Shown piece by piece: positions 47,715 through 57,780 of a DNA stretch of 64,000 bases. The stretch's first letter is position 1. Each line of letters begins with the position of its first letter. A model generated the notes under the pieces. That model was not told the origin of the DNA. It was given only the letters and a program-made list of their open reading frames with translations, and did no database searches. The stretch is taken from sequence record DRR378314_606; one strand, written 5' to 3'. A program made the position numbers and the translations under genes.

Positions 47715-49175
47715 TTATCGCAGACTTTTTTCTTTGATTTTCTGTTGTTCAAAAGCGGAATCGTATTCTGGATTGCTTTGGCTTGGAACCTTGGCATTGG
47801 TTGTGGCACGCCATTCCATTAGTTTCTTACGGAGTTCCTGTGTTTTATCCGGATTTTGTTCGGCAACATTATTTTCTTCACTTGGGTCATCTATTAAATT
47901 GAAAAGTTCCAACGCGCCATCTTCAAAATATTCATGCAGTTTCCAATCGCCCGAAATAACTACTGAGCCAGGACGGGTACGGAACAATGGGTCGCGACTA
48001 CCATCCTGTAAACCGTGGTATTCCTGAAGGTAGATAGGAAAATGAAAGAATAGGTCCCTTTCCACTTGGGATTTGTCCTCAAAAATGGGTTTGAGGTCAA
48101 TTCCGTCCAGTAGCAGAGCCTTTTTCTCTGGGCTTACAATATTTTGTATGGTGGGGTAAAAGTCCAGATTGCTTACACGGGCGGCAGAGCTGGAATTGGG
48201 TTCTATTTTTCCAGGCCATTTTATCAGTAAAGGTACGCGTATTCCTCCTTCATAATAAGAACCTTTTCCTGCACGTAAGGGGTTTTGTTCGGATATGGCC
48301 CTAATGCCACCATTGTCCGAGGTAAATATTACCAAAGTATTCTTTTCCAGTCCGTTTGCTTTTAGTGAGGAAAGTAGTTTGCCCACGTTTTCATCCATAG
48401 AGGCCACCATAGCGGCATAATCGGCCCTGTTTTGTCCATTGGATCCCTTTTTGTCCTTAAATTTTTCAATCAGTTCCTCTTTACCCATAATTGGGGTATG
48501 TACGGTATAGTAGGGGAGGTAGAGAAAAAAGGTGGTGTCCTTGTATTTTTCTACAAAAGAGATGGCCTCTTTGGTAATGCGGTCCGTTAAATACTCCCCA
48601 TCGGGGCCATTGGTGATATGATCTATTTTATATGGCGAAAAGTAGCCCCCGCTTCCTGGGTTTCCTCTGGCACTTCCGCCAACATTTACATCTATCCCCT
48701 GTTCTTTAGGGTCGTTCCCTACGTGCCATTTCCCGAAACTTCCGGTAATATATCCGGCCGATTTAAGCATGTTGGGGAGTGTGTATATGCTGTCATTTAG
48801 ATGGTCCGTATTTTTTACAGGGACAAGTTTTCGTGTCTTTGGATTGCCCCTATCCGAAGGGCTCACTGTATAAACGCCGTGTCGCGGAGTATTAAGTCCG
48901 GATAGGAGGCAGGCACGGCTGGGGGCGCAATTTGCCGCTCCTGCGTAAGCATTGTAAAATACCATACCTTCTTTGGCCAAAGCGTCCAAATGGGGTGTTT
49001 CATAATACTCACTGCCCATAAACCCTAAATCCTTCCAGCCCAAATCATCTACATTTATTAGAACTATATTGGGAAGTGCCTTGTTTGGCTCGTTCTCTTT
49101 TGGGGATTTGCAGGAGTGTATGGAATAGATTATTGCCAAAACGACAATAATGGCGTGATGTATTGAGTGCTTCAT
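47715..49175 (-). CDS. S1 sulfatase lipoprotein
   Basis: Lipobox IHSC, PNIVLINVDDLGW, NCAPSRACLLSG, GKWHVG, FTSDNGG, GKGSYYEGGIRVP. Confidence 0.93.
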   Translation of the reverse strand: MKHSIHHAIIVVLAIIYSIHSCKSPKENEPNKALPNIVLINVDDLGWKDLGFMGSEYYETPHLDALAKEGMVFYNAYAGAANCAPSRACLLSGLNTPRHGVYTVSPSDRGNPKTRKLVPVKNTDHLNDSIYTLPNMLKSAGYITGSFGKWHVGNDPKEQGIDVNVGGSARGNPGSGGYFSPYKIDHITNGPDGEYLTDRITKEAISFVEKYKDTTFFLYLPYYTVHTPIMGKEELIEKFKDKKGSNGQNRADYAAMVASMDENVGKLLSSLKANGLEKNTLVIFTSDNGGIRAISEQNPLRAGKGSYYEGGIRVPLLIKWPGKIEPNSSSAARVSNLDFYPTIQNIVSPEKKALLLDGIDLKPIFEDKSQVERDLFFHFPIYLQEYHGLQDGSRDPLFRTRPGSVVISGDWKLHEYFEDGALELFNLIDDPSEENNVAEQNPDKTQELRKKLMEWRATTNAKVPSQSNPEYDSAFEQQKIKEKSLR

Positions 49176-49301
49176 ATTTAGGAAGGTATTTGGCATATAA
49201 CTTTATATCCAGTTAAATATAATAAGTCCATAGGTAGTAGCATAATTTTTAATTACTTTGGGGTGAGGTATTCTTGCCCCAATGTAATTGATAATAACAC
49301 C

Positions 49302-50792
49302 ATGACTAAAAAATTTCTCCATTTAGGATTACTTATATTCCTTATTTCCTGTGCATTTGCATGCAAAAACAAAGGTCAGCTAACTGAGGCCTCCAAAACA
49401 GACAGCACTCAGGAAAATGTAGCCAAACCCAATATTATTTACATCTTGGCCGATGACTTGGGTTATGGGGATTTAAGTGCCTATGGACAGCAAAAGTTTA
49501 CAACACCCAACATAGATAAATTGGCTAGGCAAGGAATGCTTTTTACCGAACATTATTCCGGGAGTACGGTATGTGCCCCGTCTAGATCTGCATTGTTGAC
49601 AGGTATGCACACAGGACATACCTTTGTACGTGGCAATAAGGAAATACAACCAGAGGGGCAGTATCCCATACCCGATAATACCTACACCTTGGCGGAGGCC
49701 ATGAAAAAAGCTGGCTATGCCACTGGAGTTTTTGGTAAATGGGGGCTAGGATATCCAGGTTCGGAAGGGGATCCATTGAACCAAGGCTTCGATACTTTTT
49801 TTGGATACAATTGCCAACGCCTGGGGCATAATTACTACCCCCGCCACCTATGGGCCAATACGGACTCTTTAGTTCTGGAAGAAAATGCAGGAACAAAGAA
49901 AGGGATTTATGCACCACAACTTATACATGAAAAAACGCTCGATTTTATTGAGTTCAATAAGGATAATTCCTTCTTTCTTTATGTAGCATCTATTATACCA
50001 CATGCAGAGCTTGCAGCTCCAGAGGAAATCATGAAAAAATACAGAGGTAAATTTCCTCCTGAAAAAGCTTATGAAGGGGTGGATGATGGACCGGAATACA
50101 GAAATGGTCCTTACGAATCACAGAAAGAAACCCATGCCGCATTTGTGTCTATGATTCATATATTGGACAATCAAGTTGGGGAGATCATGGCCAAATTGGA
50201 ACAGTTGGGCATTGCCGACAATACCATAGTTATGTTTACCTCGGACAACGGTCCCCACACTGAAGGAGGTGCCGATCCTGATTATTTTAATAGCAACGGT
50301 CCATTTAAGGGTACCAAGCGGGATCTTTATGAAGGAGGAATCCGGGTTCCCTTCATTGTTAAGTGGCCAGGACATGTTGCCCCTAATACCAGAACCGATC
50401 ATGTATCTGCATTCTGGGATGTGTTTCCAACATTTGCGGGCATCGCCGATATGGAAGTTCCCAATTCCTTGGATGGTGTTTCCTTTTTGCCTACCCTTTT
50501 GGGGCAGGACGAAGAACAACAGGAACATGAATATTTGTATTGGGAGTTTCATGAAAAAGGAGGGCGACAAGCGATCCGAAAAGGGAATTGGAAGGCAGTA
50601 AAATATAACGTATTCAATCCGTCCGGTTCGCCAATTGAACTTTACGACCTGAATTCGGACGTGGGCGAGGAGAATAACTTGGCAAAGGATTATCCGGAAA
50701 TTGTTGCCGATATGAAATTGCTTTTTAAGGAAGCTAGGACACCGTCTGAAGTTTTTACTTTTGGTCAGGGGACCTACTTGAATGTAAAATAA
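49302..50792 (+). CDS. S1 arylsulfatase-family lipoprotein
   Basis: Lipobox AFAC, PNIIYILADDLGYGD, VCAPSRSALLTG, FTSDNGPH, KRDLYEGGIRVP. Confidence 0.94.
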   Translation: MTKKFLHLGLLIFLISCAFACKNKGQLTEASKTDSTQENVAKPNIIYILADDLGYGDLSAYGQQKFTTPNIDKLARQGMLFTEHYSGSTVCAPSRSALLTGMHTGHTFVRGNKEIQPEGQYPIPDNTYTLAEAMKKAGYATGVFGKWGLGYPGSEGDPLNQGFDTFFGYNCQRLGHNYYPRHLWANTDSLVLEENAGTKKGIYAPQLIHEKTLDFIEFNKDNSFFLYVASIIPHAELAAPEEIMKKYRGKFPPEKAYEGVDDGPEYRNGPYESQKETHAAFVSMIHILDNQVGEIMAKLEQLGIADNTIVMFTSDNGPHTEGGADPDYFNSNGPFKGTKRDLYEGGIRVPFIVKWPGHVAPNTRTDHVSAFWDVFPTFAGIADMEVPNSLDGVSFLPTLLGQDEEQQEHEYLYWEFHEKGGRQAIRKGNWKAVKYNVFNPSGSPIELYDLNSDVGEENNLAKDYPEIVADMKLLFKEARTPSEVFTFGQGTYLNVK

Positions 50793-50812
50793 AAATAGTT
50801 AGTTTAGTTTTG

Positions 50813-50849
50813 AAAAAAGAGCCCTTATGTCATATTTGGGGTCCTTTTT
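50813..50849 (+). terminator. Possible terminator after the arylsulfatase
   Basis: AAAAAAGAGCCC...GGGGTCCTTTTT, imperfect stem. Confidence 0.4.
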
Positions 50850-50988
50850 ATCTTTAAGATCTTTACTTGTAGTCATTTTTCGTAGCAGATAAGTAATTTG
50901 TAGATATGGAAGAGTGTGATTTATTTTTAAATTGAAGTAATAATTTTAGATATTGGGGCTTGTTTGCTAAATCCTATTATCTAATCTT

Positions 50989-52368
50989 ATGAGAAAACTA
51001 CTTTTTTGTTTTAGTCTTGTTTCGGTGTTTTTACATTTTCAATACGTTATTGGGCAGTCCCTTCGCATTAGCGAAAATGGAAGATTTATTGAAAAGTCAA
51101 ATGCTACGCCTTTCTTTTATCTGGGAGATACGGCTTGGGAATTGTTCCACAGATTGGACATTGGGGAGGCGGAGTATTATCTAAATAATAGGGCAGATAA
51201 AGGTTTTACGGTTATACAAGCAGTTATTTTATCAGAACTGAACGGTATTTCCGTACCTAATGCCAATGGGGACCTGCCCTTATTCAATAAAGACCCAAAA
51301 AGACCCAATGAAGCTTATTTTAAACATGTAGACGCCATAGTGGATAAGGCAAGTTCTTTGGGATTGGTTATGGGAATGCTTCCCACCTGGGGCAGTTATT
51401 GGAGTTCCCTAAGTGAAAAGGACATCATTTTTACAGCAGAAAGTGCTGAGGAATTTGGACTGTTTTTAGGGAAAAGATATAAGGATAAACCTGTTATTTG
51501 GATATTGGGTGGAGATAGAAATATACGAACGGAAAATGATCGCAAGATTGTGGAGGCAATGGCGCAAGGGCTGAAGCAGGGGTGTAATGACCAACAGCTT
51601 ATCACTTTTCATCCCAGGGGACCCGGAATGTCGTCGGATTATTTTCATGATGCCGAATGGCTTGATTTTAATATGTATCAATCTTCCCATGGTCAACATG
51701 GGCATGACAACGGACTTTATGCAGAGCATGATTATGCCCTAGAGCCTATAAAACCAACCTTGGATGGAGAACCGAGATACGAAAGTATACCGGTAGGGTT
51801 TTATTTTAAAGGTACGGATCCAAAGGATCGCTTTGACGATTATGACGCACGGCAGGCGGCCTATTGGTCGGTTTTTGCAGGGGCTTGCGGACATACCTAT
51901 GGGAATAATAATATTTGGCAGATGTATTCGCCCGACAATAGTCCAATTATTGGGGCCGCAATACCGTGGAAAGATGCCTTGGACCATCCTGGGGCCTTTC
52001 AAATGAAACATCTTAGAACCTTAATGGAGGCACGTTCCTTTTCTAAATTGACTCCCAAGCCCGAGTTGATCAAAAATAGCATGGAAATAAATGGTGAGCC
52101 CACAAGGGCGGTATTGGCACTGGATGCCTCTTTTGCAATGATCTATACCCCCAGGGGAAAGGCCTTTACGGTGGACAAGGGAATGATTTCAGGTTTAAAT
52201 AAAAAGGCTATTTGGTACGATCCCAGATATGGAGTGTCCCATCATTTGGGCACTTCCGACACTGATGGTATTCAGACCTATAAGCCGCCTACTTCTGGAA
52301 GAGGGCAGGATTGGATCCTGATCTTGGAAAACGCCGATCTCAATTTGCCAATGCCGGGTTTTCATTGA
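50989..52368 (+). CDS. GH140-like protein (DUF4038; apiosidase family)
   Basis: PFFYLGDTAWELFHRL, RADKGFTVIQAV, IWILGGD, TFHPRG, WLDFNMYQSSH, KPTLDGEPRYE, GHTYGNNNIWQ, WYDPR. Confidence 0.82.
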   Translation: MRKLLFCFSLVSVFLHFQYVIGQSLRISENGRFIEKSNATPFFYLGDTAWELFHRLDIGEAEYYLNNRADKGFTVIQAVILSELNGISVPNANGDLPLFNKDPKRPNEAYFKHVDAIVDKASSLGLVMGMLPTWGSYWSSLSEKDIIFTAESAEEFGLFLGKRYKDKPVIWILGGDRNIRTENDRKIVEAMAQGLKQGCNDQQLITFHPRGPGMSSDYFHDAEWLDFNMYQSSHGQHGHDNGLYAEHDYALEPIKPTLDGEPRYESIPVGFYFKGTDPKDRFDDYDARQAAYWSVFAGACGHTYGNNNIWQMYSPDNSPIIGAAIPWKDALDHPGAFQMKHLRTLMEARSFSKLTPKPELIKNSMEINGEPTRAVLALDASFAMIYTPRGKAFTVDKGMISGLNKKAIWYDPRYGVSHHLGTSDTDGIQTYKPPTSGRGQDWILILENADLNLPMPGFH

Positions 52369-52402
52369 TTTCCGGCTGCTAATTATAAAGGTTGCTAAGA
52401 CT

Positions 52403-53002
52403 TTACCCCAAAGAAGACCTTCTTTTTTGTTTTTTGAAATCGAAAAGTAAGAAAAACACAGCTTCCACTTTGGCACCCAGTTTTTCGGTAAGGATTTTAA
52501 AGGCACGGGTAATATGGCCCTCCACTGTTTTTGTAGAGATATTGAGGTATTCGGAGATTTCCGTATGGGTTAGCCCCTCCTTTTTATTCATTAAAAATAT
52601 TTCCTTGCATTTAGAGGGTAAATTGTCAATTTCGGCATTCATTAGTTTTATGAGACCTTCCAATTCTACAGGTTCTATTTCCGCCACCACATCAATGGCC
52701 TCAAAATATTTTTTTTCCAAATAAAGTACGGGTTTATTTTTTCTATATTGACTTATAAACTCATTATAAACAGATTTATACAAATAACTCTTGATGGATA
52801 AGTCTGGATTTATTTTTTTTCTTTTGACCCATATTCTAACAAATACATTTTGAACAATATCTTCGGCCAATGCGGGGTCATTGCATAAGGATTGGGCATA
52901 TGCGCACAAGCGTTGGTAATATATATCCATTAAGAAATCGTAGGCTTTGCAGTCACCAGAAATTAATCTTTCGGCTAAATATTGGTTTTTTAGGTGGTCC
53001 AT
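52403..53002 (-). CDS. ECF RNA polymerase sigma-70 factor
   Basis: AEDIVQNVFVRIW and LPSKCKEIFLM...EISEYLNISTKTVEGHITRA. Confidence 0.94.
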   Translation of the reverse strand: MDHLKNQYLAERLISGDCKAYDFLMDIYYQRLCAYAQSLCNDPALAEDIVQNVFVRIWVKRKKINPDLSIKSYLYKSVYNEFISQYRKNKPVLYLEKKYFEAIDVVAEIEPVELEGLIKLMNAEIDNLPSKCKEIFLMNKKEGLTHTEISEYLNISTKTVEGHITRAFKILTEKLGAKVEAVFFLLFDFKKQKRRSSLG

Positions 53003-53070
53003 TAAAATTGGTTATTCTCAATATTACAAATTTTTTTTTTTGAATATCGAAAAAAAATACACAAAAAATA

Positions 53071-53100
53071 GAGGGGTATGTAAAATTTGAACGTATTAGA
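53071..53100 (+). promoter_or_regulatory. Putative ECF-sigma promoter upstream of the FecR gene
   Basis: GAGGGGTA...CGTATTA about 20 nt before the ATG. CGT-containing -10 boxes are typical of ECF promoters. Confidence 0.45.
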
Positions 53101-53120
53101 TGCATAATTGTTGATTAAAG

Positions 53121-54284
53121 ATGGCCGAAGTAGAAAAAATAATTGTCAAGTTTCTAAATCAGGAGGCCAATCGTTCCGAGTTGGAAAGATTGGAAGATTT
53201 GCTAAAAACGGCTGAAGGGTTGCAAGTCTTTAATAGTCTAGTTAAAACACAATATTTAAGCACACTTTCCATGACAGAATACGATGTTGATAAAGCCAAG
53301 GAAGCTATAAGGGCTAGACTGAAAAATGGCAGGCGAACAATGAGGATTAACTTATATAGGAGAATGGCGGCTGCTGCTTCAGTTATGTTGATACTGGGCC
53401 TAGTCTCTTATATGTGGTACAAGACTGAAAAAACAAGCGAAACTGAAATTGTTAAAAAGCCGCAAGTTATATTAGCTGGTACAGACAAGGCTATACTAAC
53501 CCTCGGAAATGGTGATGAGGTAGCCTTGGAAAAAGGTAAAAATTTTCAGACTGGAGAGGTTAGTAGTAATGGGGAGAAATTGGTCTATGCTGAAAAAAAG
53601 CATAATAATGATGTTGAAAAAGAACAGTCATTTAATTATTTGACCATTCCTAGGGGAGGTCAGTTTTTTGTTAAATTATCAGACGGTACGGAAGTTTGGT
53701 TGAATTCAGAAACCAAGTTAAAATATCCCGTGACATTCACCGAAGGTCTAACCCGGAAGGTGGAACTGATATATGGTGAGGTCTACTTTAAGGTTTCGCC
53801 CAGTACTCAGCACAAAGGCGCAGGGTTCCATGTGCTTACAAAATCGCAGGAAATAAACGTTTTGGGTACAGAATTTAATATAAGAGCCTATAATAATGAC
53901 GAGGTAATGGCCACCACCCTAGTGGAAGGCAAAATAAGAATTAAAAAAGGTGAAGTCAGTGAAACTTTAAAGCCTAATCAACAAGCTAAAATTAGCCAGG
54001 AAAGCAATCAAATAGATATTCAGGAAATAGATGTATCTCAGGAAATTTCATGGGTCAACGGATTATTTGCCTTCAACGAAAAACCCTTGGAGGAAATATT
54101 GACTGTCTTGTCAAGATGGTACGATACGGAGGTGGTCTTTGAGAATGCGAAACAAAAGAAGTTTGTTTTTACAGGATTATTGGAAAGGACTAAAGCGGTA
54201 GAAGATATTCTTAAGCTTATAGAAGCCACGAGTGAGGGGCAGATAAAATTTGAAATTAAAGATAAAACAATTATTATTAAATAA
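53121..54284 (+). CDS. FecR family anti-sigma factor
   Basis: Single TM helix; IPRGGQFFVKLSDGTEVWLNSET, GEVYFKV, VLGTEFNI, TTLVEG, LSRWYD. Confidence 0.94.
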   Translation: MAEVEKIIVKFLNQEANRSELERLEDLLKTAEGLQVFNSLVKTQYLSTLSMTEYDVDKAKEAIRARLKNGRRTMRINLYRRMAAAASVMLILGLVSYMWYKTEKTSETEIVKKPQVILAGTDKAILTLGNGDEVALEKGKNFQTGEVSSNGEKLVYAEKKHNNDVEKEQSFNYLTIPRGGQFFVKLSDGTEVWLNSETKLKYPVTFTEGLTRKVELIYGEVYFKVSPSTQHKGAGFHVLTKSQEINVLGTEFNIRAYNNDEVMATTLVEGKIRIKKGEVSETLKPNQQAKISQESNQIDIQEIDVSQEISWVNGLFAFNEKPLEEILTVLSRWYDTEVVFENAKQKKFVFTGLLERTKAVEDILKLIEATSEGQIKFEIKDKTIIIK

Positions 54285-54288
54285 AAAA

Positions 54289-54327
54289 GGAAAAGGCCAG
54301 CACCTTCCACAGCAACGGCCTTTTTCC
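54289..54327 (+). promoter_or_regulatory. Stem-loop between fecR and susC
   Basis: GGAAAAGGCC-18 nt-GGCCTTTTTCC. Confidence 0.55.
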
Positions 54328-54372
54328 AAGTAGATCAATTAAAACAATGTTTAACTAAACCATTACAAATTT

Positions 54373-57300
54373 ATGAAAATTAAATTAACCAACCGACCAC
54401 CTTGCCAATTTGGCAAAGTTCTTTTACGCTTTTTTATGAAATCCATTATTTTTCTATTTTGTTCGATTTCATTTGCACTAAACCCCGTCAATGGGGTAGG
54501 CCAAAATGCAGAGATTATTGTCGATTCAGATGTGACCTTGAACGTTAAACAGGTCTTTCGACTAATCAATAAGCAGACCGATTATAAGTTTATCTATCGA
54601 CATGACTTGCTCAAAACCGCGCCGAATATCCAACTCAAGAAGGGAGTGATTAAAGCAGGGGATTTATTGGATAAAACACTGTCTCCTTTAAGTTTTACTT
54701 ACAACTTCACAGATGGCTCCACTATTGTAGTGAAAAAAAGTCCAATGAATTCGTCGGAAAGTAATTCGGTTGAGGCATTGGACAAGAAAATGCAATTTCA
54801 GGTAATGGGACAAGTAACCGATGAAAATAGTACCCCCTTGCCAGGAGCAAACATTGTAGAAAAAGGTACTACAAATGGTATTCAAGTAGATTTTGACGGT
54901 AATTTTGCAATTTCTGTTGACAACGAAAATGCTGTTTTAGTGGTTTCCTATATTGGTTTTGCAACCAAAGAAGTGCCAATCAATGGACAGTCCAATATTA
55001 GTATTGTTTTGGAGGAGAGTGCAGCAGGCCTAGACGAAGTTGTGGTTATTGGTTATGGTGCCACGATAAAGAAAAAAGATTTAACAGGAGCTGTTGCAAG
55101 TGCCGATTTGGCCAAGGCTAGCGAATTTCCCAATGTGTCAATAGTTCAAGCGCTTCAAGGAAGTGTGGCAGGGTTAAACGTTGGTGCTACTACCACCGCG
55201 GGTCAGAACCCCACAATATCCATTAGAGGACAAAGTACTTTATCTAGTGATGCTGGTTCCAATGCCCCACTTATTGTATTGGACGGAATTATTTATAGAG
55301 GTAATTTAGTTGATTTGAACCCCTCGGATATTGCCTCTATAGATGTGTTGAAGGATGCAAGTTCGGCCGCAATTTACGGTTCACAAGCATCAAATGGTGT
55401 GATATTGATCAGCACCAAGAAAGGACAAACTTTGATTAAGCCTACCATTGAATATAGTACCAGTTATTCCATTCAGTCTCCTTCAAATGTGTTACTGCCA
55501 ATGAGGGCTGCAGAATTGGAGGAGTTTTATCCTGACATATTTTGGGCAGAGGGTGGAAGATTGGCACCAGACTACCTTCAAGTAAATCCGGATTATGTAT
55601 GGCAAAATAACTTTAAAACAAATGAAATATCCCAGGGTTATGCCAATGGGGTGGACACCCCTTGGTGGGATCTTTTTACAGGGAACGGTTTTGTAAATAC
55701 GCACAATCTTAGTATAAGGGGTAAAACAGAAGCTATAGGATACTTTGTCTCAGGTGGTATTACCGATCAACAGGCATATCTGAAAAATGATGACTATACC
55801 CGTTATAATTTTAGGGTCAACTTTGATGCTAAAATTACGGACTGGCTTAATATTGGTACTCAAACTTTTGTTTCTATTGGTGATTATTCAGGGGTTACAG
55901 CGGGTACGGGTACACCATTTTATTTACAACCTTGGGCGCCGATTCGTGACGTAAATGGTGAAATTATTCCACAACCTGAAGGCGGGTCATTAAATCCTTA
56001 TTTAATAATAGAACAGGATGATTCAGAGGTGAACAAGAATTTCTTTAGTAATTTATATGCTGATATTAAATTGCCGTTGAAAGGTCTTTCATATAGGCTT
56101 AATTATTCAAATAACTATAGAACACAGAATAATTCCCGGTTTAACCCCTCTGCCAATAATTTTACTGGTGGTGCCACCAAAAGCTATGGGGAAGCAAGGG
56201 ATTGGACCTTGGATAATATTGTAACCTACCAAGGGACATTTAATCAAGATCATAATTTTAATATGACTTTGCTTTATGGTGTGGAAAAAAGAAACATCAA
56301 CTCATTCAGTGCGGAGGCCAAACAATTCGGTATAGATTTTTTGGGATATAATAGATTGCAGGCTGGTGATCCAAGTCAAAACGTTGTAACCTCAAACAAA
56401 GAAGAAGAAAGTAGTTTATATTCCATGGCCCGTCTTTTATATGATTACAAAAACAAATACTATATCACGGGAACCGTTAGGCGTGATGGGTTTTCTGGCT
56501 TTGGTAAAAATGATAAGACAGCTGTCTTTCCAACCGTGGGTCTGGGATGGGTTGTAAGCAACGAAAGCATGTTCGAAAATAGTTCTTGGTTGAATTTCCT
56601 AAAACTAAGGGCCTCGTATGGCCAATCGGGAAGAAGGGGTCTAGGTCGATATGATACTGCTGCAATTATTAGTACTGGACCTAGTTATGTCTTTGGTGAC
56701 GGTGGGCAAAGTTTTCAAGGGCAATCTATTAGTTCCCTTCCCAACGATGCCTTAGGATGGGAAACAACAACCGGAACCAATTTAGGTTTGGATTTTTCGG
56801 TTATCAATTCCAAAGTTAGTGGTAATGTTGAATATTATAAAAATGATACTGAAAATATTCTCTACGCCATTCAGCTACCTAACTTAACAGGCTTTAATTC
56901 AATTAACAGTAATATAGCAAAAGTATCCAATCATGGGTTGGAATTTACCCTTAGTAGCAATTTATTGAATAGTAAAGACTGGAATTGGGTAGCGTCAATA
57001 AACTTTAGTAGCTATCGAAATAAAATAGACTCTATATTAGGTCCGGAAAATGACAATGATGGTGATGGTAAGGAAGATGACTTGGTAGGAAGTGGACTTT
57101 TTATTGGAGAACCGCAAAACGTTATTTATGATTACGAAATTACTGGCATGTGGCAATTGGCCGATGAAGCCGATGGGTCTATTTATAGTGGGTTTTTTCC
57201 GGGAACCTATAAACTTCGTGATCTCGATGATAGTGGTGATATTTCTTCCTTGAATGATAGAAAGATATTGGGTTACGTGGATCCTGCCTATCGTTTTGGT

Positions 57301-57765
57301 GTTAGTAATACCCTTAATTATAAGAATCTCAGTCTATACGTTTTCGTTAATTCCATTCAAGGAGGCAGCGATTATTATTTCGGAGACGATGCCCCTCATA
57401 GTAATGGAAGTTGGAACAAAAGAGACCAATTATCTTACAGCAATATACCAAGAGGTGCATGGGATTATTGGATGCCCGAGAACCCAAATGCAAAATACCG
57501 AAGGTTGGATTTGGCATCTCAGTTTGGAGGTACACCATATACCCAAAGGAATTTTGTGCGCTTGCAAGATGTATCATTATCCTACATTTTTCCAGAGCAA
57601 CTGAAAGATGCATTGCACGTCAGCAACTTAAAGTTATTTATATCTGGCAAAAACTTGGCAACTTGGACCAAATGGAACGGTGTGGACCCTGAAACCGGGG
57701 CGGGATTTTCTCCTGGTTCTCCACTATTAAGAAGCTATTCCCTAGGACTAAATGTTGAATTTTAA
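54373..57765 (+). CDS. susC: SusC/RagA TonB-dependent transducer with N-terminal STN-like extension
   Basis: N-terminal VKQVFRLINKQTDYKFIY; APLIVLDG, VLKDASSAAIYGSQASNGVILISTK, LGWETT, LNVEF. Confidence 0.95.
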   Translation: MKIKLTNRPPCQFGKVLLRFFMKSIIFLFCSISFALNPVNGVGQNAEIIVDSDVTLNVKQVFRLINKQTDYKFIYRHDLLKTAPNIQLKKGVIKAGDLLDKTLSPLSFTYNFTDGSTIVVKKSPMNSSESNSVEALDKKMQFQVMGQVTDENSTPLPGANIVEKGTTNGIQVDFDGNFAISVDNENAVLVVSYIGFATKEVPINGQSNISIVLEESAAGLDEVVVIGYGATIKKKDLTGAVASADLAKASEFPNVSIVQALQGSVAGLNVGATTTAGQNPTISIRGQSTLSSDAGSNAPLIVLDGIIYRGNLVDLNPSDIASIDVLKDASSAAIYGSQASNGVILISTKKGQTLIKPTIEYSTSYSIQSPSNVLLPMRAAELEEFYPDIFWAEGGRLAPDYLQVNPDYVWQNNFKTNEISQGYANGVDTPWWDLFTGNGFVNTHNLSIRGKTEAIGYFVSGGITDQQAYLKNDDYTRYNFRVNFDAKITDWLNIGTQTFVSIGDYSGVTAGTGTPFYLQPWAPIRDVNGEIIPQPEGGSLNPYLIIEQDDSEVNKNFFSNLYADIKLPLKGLSYRLNYSNNYRTQNNSRFNPSANNFTGGATKSYGEARDWTLDNIVTYQGTFNQDHNFNMTLLYGVEKRNINSFSAEAKQFGIDFLGYNRLQAGDPSQNVVTSNKEEESSLYSMARLLYDYKNKYYITGTVRRDGFSGFGKNDKTAVFPTVGLGWVVSNESMFENSSWLNFLKLRASYGQSGRRGLGRYDTAAIISTGPSYVFGDGGQSFQGQSISSLPNDALGWETTTGTNLGLDFSVINSKVSGNVEYYKNDTENILYAIQLPNLTGFNSINSNIAKVSNHGLEFTLSSNLLNSKDWNWVASINFSSYRNKIDSILGPENDNDGDGKEDDLVGSGLFIGEPQNVIYDYEITGMWQLADEADGSIYSGFFPGTYKLRDLDDSGDISSLNDRKILGYVDPAYRFGVSNTLNYKNLSLYVFVNSIQGGSDYYFGDDAPHSNGSWNKRDQLSYSNIPRGAWDYWMPENPNAKYRRLDLASQFGGTPYTQRNFVRLQDVSLSYIFPEQLKDALHVSNLKLFISGKNLATWTKWNGVDPETGAGFSPGSPLLRSYSLGLNVEF

Positions 57766-57780
57766 TCAAAAAAGAAAAAA

